The notes under the pieces were generated by a model. That model did not search any database. It saw nothing but the letters and a program-made list of their open reading frames with translations, and was not told the origin of the DNA. 64,000 nt of DNA from Chiloscyllium plagiosum (lineage: Eukaryota): NCBI RefSeq assembly GCF_004010195.1, contig NC_057719.1, forward strand, positions 19,329,503 through 19,393,502, written 5' to 3'. Positions 48,816 to 60,410 of the stretch are shown one piece after another; positions within the stretch are counted from its first letter, which is position 1, and every line of letters starts with the position of its first letter. Made by a program: the position numbers and the translations under genes.

Positions 48816-49779
48816 AAAAAAAATAAATTTATGAAGCAAACTTCATATCCCTGACCATCCACAGCGAAAGAAGATACTTATGAACTTTTGTCTTGTAGCC
48901 AAATACAGAGTAAGATTCCATAAGTAGCAATGAGATAGCCAGCTAGTCAATGTCATTTGTGTTAGTTGAAGGACAAATGTTGGTTAAGACAGCACCTTTT
49001 TCTTTTTCATCCAAACACAATGAGATCTTTTTATACATATTTGAACAGATACGGAGCCAACATGGAAACAAAAAGCCAAATGGCCACCTTCTGCCCTGAA
49101 ATTACAAATCTGTGATGTTTTAAGGATGATACCTATGCAGCATAAGATTCCCTCAGTACTGTGTTACTTGCTGTGGCCTCAGGAACAATTGCCTAACTTA
49201 ATGATGAGTGTTATGAGTGAGCCAAGATCAATAGCGTTACACTAGCTGTGTAACATAACCCTTTCAAGAATCCCAGCAAGTACTAGTTCACTAGTTATTC
49301 AAGAAGGATTAAACAAATGGCACTCCAGTGTATCTTACTGATAGAACACTCTTCCAGTCTGTTTGACAGTTTATGGCTAGCATGATGATTAACAATTGTA
49401 TTCAGTTTAGGAAGAAACTTTCACTGATGAAAAGCTTCATTCTATGTCATCATTGTAATTATTCTTGAGCAACGCCTGGTGAGGATGAGATATCCTCTAA
49501 TTCACAAATTGCCATATTTGCTTATCAACTTGTACTGCTCTACAGTTAGCCTTGCAAAAATGACTTAATGGCCCGTTAAACCCATTGCAGAAAGTTAAGA
49601 TTAGTACTTAGCAATGTAAGAACCTTTCTGATGAGGTGATTTAGGTTCCAGCAATACCAGTCTACCTATACATGTAAATTGGGAATCATTTGAACTGTGG
49701 GATCTCATGCTAACAGATCCCAATTTTTTCCAGAGATTATTGAAATTTAAAATATGTGTTTTTTTTAAAATTACTTACT

Positions 49780-50020
49780 CTTCACCAAGAGAATGGTAAT
49801 CCTCAGAAACTCTCCCTCACAAAACATAGTTGAAGCCAAAATATTGAATATTTTCAAGAAGGAGTTAGATTTTGTGCTTAAGGCTAAAGAGATCAAAGAG
49901 TATGGGAAGAAAGTGTGAACAGGGTACTGAGATGGATGATCAGCCATCATCATATTGAATGGTGGAACAGGCTCAAAGAGCTGAATGGCCTTCTCTTGCT
50001 CTTATTTTCGATGTTTCTTT
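49780..50020 (+). mobile_element. CR1 3' end
   Basis: Similar to 4220-4470. Confidence 0.75.
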
Positions 50021-51429
50021 CCATCTTCCTTTCCATCTTTCTCAATCTTGTCTTTCATTTCTTTTTCTCTCTTTCTGGACTTCATTTGACTTGACTTCAT
50101 CATCTTCCTCCATCAGGCAATTAAAAAAAAATTCTCATTGTTTATGGAGATAGACATTGAATCCACCATCCACCAAGGCCCATGAAGACCCGTTGTTCTC
50201 ATTGCATTACCACCAGCTCACACTTTTCAGATAATAAAACTGAAGGATGAGGGGAAATGTTCAATAATTGGGTGTGTAGACTCCAGTAACTTTGGACTGA
50301 TATTGTGTTGATATGACAGATAAGCATCCTGAGAAGACACTATGTCCGGAATGTTAACAGAGTGCTGATGGTTCTGCGTTGTGTTTCCAGAATTTTCTGG
50401 TTTCATTTTAATTTCCAGCATTTGCAGTTTCTTTTTGATATATTTCATCAAGCACGCTCTGTTTATAGTGGAAGGGATGGTTTTATGAGTCTCCACCACA
50501 GGCGGGCGAGGGCACCTGCTGGTACTAAGGACTGCTAAAATTGCCCCAAGGATATAACAGGAGGAAATGAGGTTTTAAGCCTTGAAGGGGGTTATGTGAC
50601 TAAAATAAATACTGTGTCATTCAGCAGGAGCTATGATAAAGTCCAACGTCTTCCCCTGGCATATATAACGTAAATGTTGGAATGTTTTGAATCAGTAACT
50701 ATTTGATTGTTTCTAGTCTTCCGATTCCAGCTAAATTTCTGAATCTCCAGCCCAGCTTTCAGAAGTTAAGCACTCAAAACAGGCTGTAAATCTGACTAAA
50801 CGTTGCTCGCAAAAGCAAAATATTCCACATGTACCAGTTTAATGCAAATTAGATGCCTGTAATTAGTTCTAGAGTGGTAATTTAGTGCACAAAAATAATT
50901 ATTCAAAACCTCTTTTTTCCAATTAATGCCCAAGACAGAAAAGTCTGGTTTACCCTTCTCCCCCTCCCTAAAGAAAACAAAAACACTGTGCTAATGTATC
51001 ATTATATCATCTAAACAAACTTCTAAATAGCCAGGCTGTAAAGAAAATAATGTAAGCTGCATTCCGTCTGAAATAGTTCTCCTTAAGAGTTACTGAGCGA
51101 GAAGGACATTGTGGTATGTAGGTTTCACATTGGTTATTTACCTTTTGCTAGTGTATTTTCATGTTTGTTACATTGGTGTGTGGTAGACGAAGGGATTTTC
51201 CAAAGTTTTTCTTGAATTTGGCCATGGGAAACAAACTGGCAGGATTACTTTTAACACTTCAATATTCTCAAACCAAAGTTTCACATGATAAGACAACTCC
51301 AGATAAAGGTTATGGCCCCCTCAATGGCTAAGGAATCACATTACTCACAAAACAAGCACAGTATTCCCAGTACCTGAAGCTCTGTGCCAGCAGTCTGGAA
51401 GATAGTACAAGATAATGTGTGAAATGTTA

Positions 51430-52095
51430 TCAGCTGTGACTCAGTTGGTAGCTCACTCATCTCTGAATTAGAGGCTAGTGTGTTTAAATCCTACTCGAGA
51501 AACTCAAGCAAAGAATGTAGGCACAGTGTTCAATGGAGTACTGATACATGCTGCTTTGTTGGTGTGGTCTTTCAGATGAAAAGTCCAAGCAAAGCTCCAC
51601 TGCCTGCTCGGGCAAATGTTATATATTCCTATGTACTATTTTGAAAAAGGAGAGGGAAACAACACTCACTTTCCTCCCAATATATAAACATAAACTCACC
51701 ATCATCACATAGGGCTGCTCCTTCATTAGAGAGAGGTGATTGGTGGTAGTTTAAGCTGAGGGTCACCACACTTCAGGCAAGGGGCAAGGTTGAGAAGGAG
51801 AGTCCTTCGTGGTAACCTCACTTAGTGCTGGAATTGAACTTACACCTTGCCTTCATGCTGCATCACAAACCAGCTGAGCTAATCAATCAATCATGAATTG
51901 GTTGATATAAGCTGTATTAGCCAATATATATCCCCCAACTATATCACTAAAACATTATCACATTTGCCAATTGTGGGGGCTCAAGGTGTGTAAATGAGCT
52001 GCTCTGTTCCTTACATCAGAACAGTGGCTACAGTTCAAAAGTGTTTCATTCATTAAATATGCTCATGAAAGGTATTATTTAAATGTAAGCCTTTG
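51430..52095 (+). mobile_element. Deu-SINE interrupted by a minus-strand tRNA-SINE (51687-51920)
   Basis: tRNA-like head tgactcagttggtagc; Deu-like core gtctttcagatgaaa; TSD ccaatatata at 51677-51686 and 51921-51930. Confidence 0.75.
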
Positions 52096-53726
52096 CTCAG
52101 CGGATAATACAAGCAATAATGGACCAAGCTAGCTATTGTTATGGACAGAAGGTGTCTTCATTAGTTCCACATTCACCAAAGTATAAGAACTATGGTTAGA
52201 GATCGTGATCAGTGAGTTCATGGTGTAGTGATTTACATGGATAAGGATGTTGAGGGTGACTTCTGTTATCCTTCATGAACTGGTTGATATAAGTTGTGTT
52301 AGTGGTTTAAAGAATAACATGACTGCATTAGGGAGTGAAAATAGGAAAATGTCTTACTTGCTATCCAGTGTACCTGACAGAGAAGCCTTAATGTATAGAC
52401 ATTGACTGAGGAGAAGATTGTGCTCAGTGGTGTTGTCCTCCACTGTTGATCTCTACCATTTGTTATCCATGCTCAAGCATGACCTGGCTGAGGTAACAGA
52501 GGCTGAAGGTGGAAGAGAAATTGAACAGGTCTCACAGCATCTGTGGAAAGGGAAACAGAGTTAACATTTCAAGACCAATGTTCAGGTTCCAAAGAAGAGC
52601 CATTGGATCTTTGTTTTACTCTCCGCACAGATGCTCCAGACCGACTTTAGCTTTAAATTATGGTGTTAATGGAGACAACTGGCACCTGGGAAACTATACC
52701 CCCGCTTGAATATATATATTATATTTATAAAATGTATATGAAACTGTACCCGCCTTCAGGAGAAGAAAATAGGAGAATTGGGGGTTGAGTAAAAGATTTA
52801 TTTTAAATGAGCCACTGCCTCCACTAAAATGTCAAGCATGTATTTCAGATGAATACATCTTGCGTTCACACCTTTTTAATTCACAAAGTAATTTGGTTTT
52901 GAACTGAATCCTTCAAATGATATTTGGGTGTTTGTGTCAAAACAGCCCGGATGACATGAAAAAGATAGCTGGGAGGAGTTGCCAGGCCTGACAGTAAGAG
53001 GGGGCGAATTGGCATAACAGAACTACAGTGTACTCAGAGGGAGGTTTGATTTTGTTGTTTGTTATATGCTGTAAGCAGAGTTGTTTTGTTCGTGTTGAGA
53101 CAATAATAACTGAAGTGTTGTCTCCTGTAGTGAGGTCTTTACCTGATGTTACATGTTTCATAAGCTTGTTTGTGCAGAAGTGATTCCCAGCCTGAGGCAC
53201 TGGGTAAATCTCATTCTCACCGCACTCTTCCGCTGTAGTTTGCAATATGGATTTTAAACAAAACTTGTAAACTTCCAACTGTGCACGTATAGGATTTTTC
53301 TGGACTTCAAGGTTTTGCTGACTGTTTGTTCCCCCTTGCTCCCTCCCTCCTCGTTATATGGACAGGAGTCAGAGATTTCCCTCCTGGGCTAAAGCAGAGT
53401 TTTTGAAATTTTCACTTTACTGGTCGATTCAGTGACGAACTAGTGCAGTACCTGATTTCTACCATTAAGTGCTGTCAGTGAGCTATGTAAACAGTTTGGC
53501 AGCTCCCAAAGGCAGAAACTGTCAGAACACTTTGCAGAATTAATGTTTAAGACATTTTTCTCACAGTTATGATGTAGCCCAAAGCAACAGCAATACTTTT
53601 TAACACTACCTGACCTGCTGAGTACTTTCATACCAATGAAGACCATAGATCTGACTTTATCATTAGCACTTGTGTCCGATAGAAAGTATGGCACAGTTTT
53701 AATACTCTTCATTGTTTTCCTTTCAG

Positions 53727-53868
53727 CCTAAATTAACTTGTCTGGAGACACTGAATTTAGGTCATAATCCATTGAACAATGAAGGAATCCATAGACTTAA
53801 AGAAGCATTGATAGCTAATCGATCAGTCATTCGTCTAGGGCTGGTGTCAACAGCAATAACTTGTGAAG
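53727..53868 (+). CDS. PPP1R37: PPP1R37-like coding exon G (PKLTCLETLNLGHNPLNNEGIHRLKEALIANRSVIRLGLVSTAITCE-G)
   Basis: ttttcctttcag acceptor; AG|gtaata donor; 142 nt, phase 0 to 1; within ORF 53712..53936. Confidence 0.94.
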
Positions 53869-54329
53869 GTAATATCTTGAAATGTTACATTGATCATGAT
53901 CTGTCAGTGCATGCCATCAGTATCCCCCAAATGTGACTTGAACTTAAGGATTTAGCACAAACTCACATTAACACAAGAATCCTGAAGTTTCAATCTGCTA
54001 TTCATTGTTAGCCACTGGCTGTTCACCATGACACCCCCACAATGACCCCACCACTACCACCCCCAGCTCCCCAAACCCTCCCTGTCAATCCCTGAGCCAG
54101 CATTCAGTGAAATCAACTAACATGATGAGAATATCAGTGTTAAAAAAAATGAAATCTTTGTTTCCTTAGGTGTAACAAGCTTTTTAAGAATAACTATTGC
54201 TGAATGAAAGGTCTGGCCCTGAAAACAACGATGAAGCCTCTGTATGCTGATCAATTCATGAGAAGTCTCAATCATATATTGACTGGCTTGTTATTGTTGT
54301 TAAGATGATAGTGGGGGTGATGTCCAACT

Positions 54330-56980
54330 TGCCTAACAAGTCTACCCAAGCACCGTCAGCAAACCGACTAGGGCAGGCAAGTGGACTGACTCAGCTTGAT
54401 TCAAAAAGCCACCTTGTATTACATTGTTCAACATAAGCCTTCAGTGAAAAGCTATCAAATGTATATGGTCTCCTTGTTATGAGGGAAATTCAGTGCCCTG
54501 ATGGTGTGTGAGCTCCAGAGTGTTGGAACTCCTTTTATGTCTTGAGTATAAACTCTGGCAGACGTGCGAGAGGCAGTACTACTATGGTCCATTGGTAGCT
54601 GCAATAAACTGACAGACATTGATTTCACAAGAGGCATCTGGTGGCACCCAATATCCTGTGAGACAGTCCTCTGACGTGGCAACCTTACAATTCTAATTCA
54701 CATTCACAGGAGTTTGAAGCATTGAGTAGTCAATGGCATGTACCCTAGCAGAGCACAGATCTTTCATCCTCTTGTGGCATTGGAGCCAAGCCCATTTGAG
54801 CCAACCCCAGGTGCTGACGTCTGTAACCACCTCTGTCCAGGTTGCTTTCATCAGTCGGGGTGACCTCTTATTGCCAGCTGCAGGGAAAAGAACTTGGTTT
54901 CTCACATGAACAACCTTCAGGAGAATCTTGTGGGAGACATTTTGACAAAGCTGTGGCACTGCTTTTCTCCTGGTCTCTCACATCTCCAGGGTTGCGTTGG
55001 GGTGATGCACAGAGACTTGACTGATGCTCCTGGGTTGCAAGGAGTGAAGTACAATTCAACACTGAGAATCCTCAGTAGGTTACATTAATGTCAACTGCAC
55101 ATCATTAAAGTTCCCACCACAGAGATCACCAGATCTGTCAGTCTAGCTTTCTTTGAGGCCAGTCAGGACCCCGCTTCATTTGCCACTTGCTGCAAAATCT
55201 GAGCCACTATGTTCCTGTTGAATTTTAAATGGAGTCAAATATAGGTCTAGAAGAATCCAGCAGTCTTACCTACACCTCAATGTATGAAAATAGTCTAGAT
55301 GTTGGAGCAGAATTTTATCAGGCGCTCAACAGTGGTGAGATATGTAGTAGATTCAGGCAACATATTTGGTAAGATCCATCTAGATGTAGAGATCATTTCA
55401 TCGTATCATGATACAAGATTCTTACTAGGCATTGGTAAGTTCTCGGTTGAACTTACCAAACTTACCATACAAACTAGCCACTAGGAAAACCAGAGCAGGT
55501 TTTTGGCAGGTTCAACTCGCCACTTCCTCCAAAAGAGCTCTACATTGGACACCAGGCACCAACATCTCGGTACTCACTCCACGGACACTGGCCATATGCA
55601 TGCCACGTCCACGTACATCCAAGTTAGATTCCAATCTCTATGAACCATAATATGTCTAATCCATTTACAGGAATCTTTAATACTTCAATGGTGCAATTGG
55701 GTTGGACCAACAACTACCATCATAATGCTGTTGCAATCAACATTGTGTGTTCAGATTCACACCCAGTTAATGCAGGGGACCAAAATGCATCTTTAGGCTC
55801 TTCACTCATCATAGCTCTGCGTTTACCTGGATGCTTGTGGCATCCTGTTTGTTCCCCCCTCCTCCCCACCCCCCACCATTGCCCCCCACCCAGAGATACC
55901 AGGAACATATTATGACTATCTTGCCATTTAGCGCAGACACAAGGCAAGAAGCTTGCCACAGTTGTCAGCAGGACTCATTCCAGTCAAGGTGGGTAACCTC
56001 TACTCAGGGGAACCCAACACAATAAGTCAAGAGCAACCTCCAATACCAGTACAGGCCCTGCTTGAAATGATCAGAGTCAGGATCATCTTCTGAACAAGTG
56101 GTGAGGAGCTGAATGACCTGCACCACATCACCCATGCTGACTATTTCTGCCCTATTATGAACTATTTTTCTCTTGGAATGAGAGAGTGTGAGAGAGATAC
56201 AAGAATTATGTAAATTGAAAGTGCATGGCACAGCTATTGAAGTTGGTGCTGGTCGGGAGGTTTCCTGAGTGAGTGAATGAGTGTGTAGGCCACGCAGAGG
56301 GCATGCAGTGTTAGTGGTGTTGCAGATTGTGGTGGGTGAGAGTGAGTAGGGGAAGATGTTACATGCATTAATGAGAGTGGTCATACATGAACCTTCGTTG
56401 GAGGTGGATCCAGTAGTAGATATTGAGTGAACATGAGGTATCGAAGAAAAGAAGATGGCACTTGTGATGGACATTGACTTCTTTCAACAGTGCTGATGGC
56501 TGGTCTAACCTAGGTGGCAACTTCAGACCAGGATGGCATGGACTGGTGTCATGCCCTTTAATGCTGCTCCCGGTAGGGGAGAGAAAATCTCATCTCATGC
56601 ACCATTCCATCCAGTAGGAGCTCCAGGATATTGCATGAAAAGTAGAGTGCCGATTTCCCCATTTGCCATGTTTGGAGGAAAAGTCAATGGAGGGTGGCTC
56701 TGGTCTAACAGTGCTTAGTAACAGCCATTTAAATGTGGCGTGAGCACCAGTCATGATACTCAATTCTCCAATCTCCAGTGAAAGGTGGAGATGCTCTGGG
56801 GATGGCATGCAGAAAGAGCAGGCGGAAATCAAATGCCGTATGTGCCATGAGGCGAAAATGGAAATTATGGCAGCGTGTTTGATAAAATAAGGAGAGAAAA
56901 TGCATTGAGCTTTGCTGCAAGATTCACTCCACCCAATCAACATGATTCGCAAAAAGCCAAAAAACTGTAAGATTCAGCCC
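54330..56980 (-). mobile_element. PIF/Harbinger-derived DNA transposon remnants
   Basis: ORF 54693..54959 resembles a Harbinger Myb/SANT-like domain (ILLKVV..NQVLFP..W.EV..VS..W.QCHKRMKDL); LKMHF..L transposase-like trace at ~55750-55800; terminus aagattcagccc at 56969-56980, repeated at ~61324-61336. Confidence 0.6.
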
Positions 56981-58101
56981 ATTGCCTAATTTCTCTGGGT
57001 CTATGATATATTAGTCTATGTTGTACATAATTCTGGCCAAAATCTGTTGAAAGAGCAACACACTTATTTACAAATGCTTAGTATAAATATTTATACTCTT
57101 TTTTGATGAAAAGTTTGAAGATATGAGTTTTGGACTAGAAACATCTGACCACTGATAAATTAGTCAGGATGTGTGAACAAGCTATATCCTGACTCCAATC
57201 TGCCCTATAATTTAAGTTTTTCACGTTGTGCGGCAGATGCATTGAATTGCATGGGTTCTTTACATTTTATTTGCTTGGCCCCCATATGCTTAATAAAATA
57301 AAAGAGATGACTTGCAAAGGAACATTCATGCGGCTGTACGGACAAGTGGCCCTGCAGCTAGAAGGAAGTTTTGCTTTCTGGCCAGTTTGTAGTGGGTTTG
57401 ATTACTAATGTCACCTGAAGTGTAAACCTGTTTGTTTAAACATTATCTGTCCACACATGGTTCAATAGGTGATGTGCTGTTTAGAATCAAGTTGCTTCAC
57501 CTTGGAATACTGCAGAAAAACTGAAATTGTCCAGTCCTAATGTTGGAACCTTACATCTAGAAACAAGTATTGTAGCCCATTATCAGTCTGACTTAATCTT
57601 AACTTTCAAACAAGCAGTATGCGTAGGTTTTACGAAATTGTTCCACATGATTTGGTAACATGTTCATTTTAACTCACTCTATTCATTATTGCAAGTGCAG
57701 CTTTACCTAGATTAAAATGAATGGTTAAGTGCTTTATTTAACATACTGGACAGAGGAACTTCATATAAGCATGTTGAGTCATTTGCAATGAGCTCTGCAA
57801 TGAGACCTGTAGGAGATAAAAAAAATAGGAAACACTGGAGATACTCAGCAAATAAGGCTAATATACTAAGAAAGCACTAGATTATTCATGTCTCAGGTGA
57901 GACATATTGCAGAAAAAAAGGTTTTATACCAAGAATATTGACTGTCTCCTGCTTTCTTAAGATATGCTTTCCGACCTGTTGTATATCTCTAGCCTTTTCT
58001 TATTTTACTTCAGATTTTCATCATTTATGGTTTTTTGAATCTATTCTAAGTCTATTCATAGGGAATGAGTTGCATTAATTTTTCTTTTTATCAATATCTA
58101 G

Positions 58102-58268
58102 GTGCAGTAGCCACTGCTGAGTTTATAGTGGAGAGTGCTGGGATTCTAAGACTGGATCTACGAAGGAATAGAATTAGGACTGGAGGTCTGATGGCCCTAT
58201 CTCTCGCACTGAGACTAAATCATTCATTGGTCAGACTGGATTTGGACAAGGAACCAATGGGTGAGACA
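58102..58268 (+). CDS. PPP1R37: PPP1R37-like coding exon H (GAVATAEFIVESAGILRLDLRRNRIRTGGLMALSLALRLNHSLVRLDLDKEPMGET)
   Basis: tatctag acceptor; gtaagt donor; 167 nt, phase 1 to 0; within ORF 58065..58298. Confidence 0.94.
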
Positions 58269-58867
58269 GTAAGTAGGCAAGGGTTGGTCAGCGAGTAACT
58301 GCTTTAGGTGAACTATTACTTTTGCAAATTCACTCAGCATACTTGTCTTCACAGTGGCTTGAATAACAATATCTTTATGCCACCCGGATAAAGGAGAGAG
58401 TGAGACTAATTATGTGATGAAAGCTTTGCCAAAATTGAAATAGCTCACAGCATATTGGTAAAATTCCTAATGAGCTGCAAAGATAAAGATGCCTATAAAA
58501 TATGATATGGCCTTTGAAGAAGTTACTGTTGTATTAAATCTCTTCTTTCTGCCAATTGCATCTCTTCTCACAGCATTGGAATCGTGCTGGGCACATTTCA
58601 AGAGATACCAATTGGACACAAACTGTTTTGTCATAAACGCTGAATGGCAAACCATTCATTTTCTTAACTGACAGGCACTTTTGTGCACTCCAGCTGGGGT
58701 CTATCAACTGAGGTACCTTTTTACAGTCAAGGTAGGGTTTTGTGCAGTGGTAGCATCTCTATCTCTGAGCTTGGGGGCCTGGGTTCAAGGTCAACTCACC
58801 CTGGCGATGTGTCATACCATGTCTGAGCAAGTTACTTGAAAATTATTAGACCCTGGGCCAGGAGATG

Positions 58868-58955
58868 GAAATGTGTTGCTGGAAAAGCGCAGCAGGTCAG
58901 GCAACATCTAGGGAACAGGAGAATCGATGTTTCGGGCATTAGCCCTTCTTCAGGA
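58868..58955 (-). mobile_element. Mini-PLE family A with hammerhead motif
   Basis: tcCTGAAGAagggctaatgcccGAAACATCgattc; flanked by cctgggcc(a/t)gg repeats. Confidence 0.8.
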
Positions 58956-59699
58956 CCTCCTGGGCCTGGTGTTTTAAATCCCAGCTGCCTTGGTAGTCTG
59001 ATATAAACTGTGTGGATCGTTGATTCAAAGATGATTAAAAAAAGTATGTTGGGGTCTATAGCACAATGGTAGTGCCCTACCTCTGTGCCAGAATGTCCAG
59101 CGCCAAGTCTCATTTACAATAGAGTGTACCATAATATGTTCAAACGGGTTAACTAGAACTAAATATTAATTCTCCAGGATGATGCCAAGGTACAAATTGG
59201 CTAAAGGAAGACTTAAACAAATACAGTTTTGCGTTACCAGAGAAAATCCACTTTAAAATTTTGGGAAACCAAAGATAATAGCTTATCAATTCCTGTTACT
59301 AAGAAAATGAGGTTAGTGTATTGAAGAGGTTCCTTTACATAAAGAATTGTTGAAAAATGAAGTGGTTCATCACAGACAGTAGTTGAGATACAGACCTTTG
59401 TTCCTTTTAAGGGAACAGCTGATAAATATTTGAAGATAGAGGTACAGGACTACATTAACAGACCAGATTAGTTCTGGGTTAATCTAGCAGTGTACAGACA
59501 CAAAGGACCAAATGGTCCACTTCTATGCTGCTAACTTCTAACATTTGTTTTTGTTTTCGTATTCACCTCAAAAAAAATTCTTTGTTAAGTAAAGATATGT
59601 AGTGCAAACTGAGGAATCCCCTTATGTTATATGAAGAATATGCTTTATGAATCTTATATATTAAAACATAATCCAACAATAGTCCTTGCTTGCCGTAGA

Positions 59700-60410
59700 A
59701 TGAGTGCAATGGAGATTCAGCAGAATAATGCTGAGAATGTTTCCATACTGTAGGGAATCTAATCTAATTATCTAATGAGCAGAGATTGAGGAAATGGGGC
59801 CTATGTTCTTTCAAGTTTTAAAGAACAAGGGGTGATCTCATTTAAACTTGCAAGATTCTTATAGAGCATGACAGGATGGATGTAGGTATGATGCTCCCCT
59901 TAGCTGGAGAATCTACAACCAGAGGGCAGAGCTTCAGAAAAAGGGGTCATTTAGAACTGAAGTGAAGGCTATTTTCTTTACACAGAGACTGGTGAATCTT
60001 TGGAAATCTCTACCCTGAGGGCTTGGAAGTTCAACCATTGAGCATGTTCAAGGTAGAAATTCATAAGTTTCTGTTTGCTGAAGACATACAGTCGGTTCTG
60101 CTGTAAGGTGGTAGTTCTGCTGTCATGTAATTTTGTGTTATAAGAAAATCACACGATAGCAGCACCATTTAAACCAATGGTGCTGGAATCACATTATAAC
60201 CAATACATGCTTTAAAAGTTTGCGCTTTAGAAACAGTGTGCCCAGTTCATCAATTTTGTTACAGCGAATTTGTGTTAACGAAATGTACGTAACAGCAGAA
60301 TGACTTGTAAAGGGACTGGGGGGACAGCATGGGAACTTTATATTGAGATCAACCACAATCTAGTTATGTGGCTGGATGGGGTGAGTGGCTTACTCTTGTT
60401 CCTACATTCC
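59700..60410 (+). mobile_element. Decayed CR1 3' region hosting a MITE
   Basis: CR1 C-terminal and 3' UTR similarity on both sides of 60089-60307. Confidence 0.7.
60089..60307. mobile_element. Tc1/pogo (Tigger-like) MITE
   Basis: TA-cagtcggttctgctgt ... acagcagaatgacttg-TA: imperfect TIRs with a TA target duplication. Confidence 0.7.

Larger units (their letters stand above)
6487..58268 (+). other. PPP1R37: PPP1R37 (LRRC68)-like gene, internal 8-exon segment; 5' and 3' exons not found in window
   Basis: Exons of 46+101+120+151+156+113+142+167 = 996 nt splice by GT-AG into one stop-free frame. The frame encodes ribonuclease-inhibitor-type LRRs with motifs recalled from PPP1R37 (CLDLKGEKLDY, NASLSGRPLMLL, ETLNLGHNP, TGGLMALSLAL). 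Confidence 0.92.
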
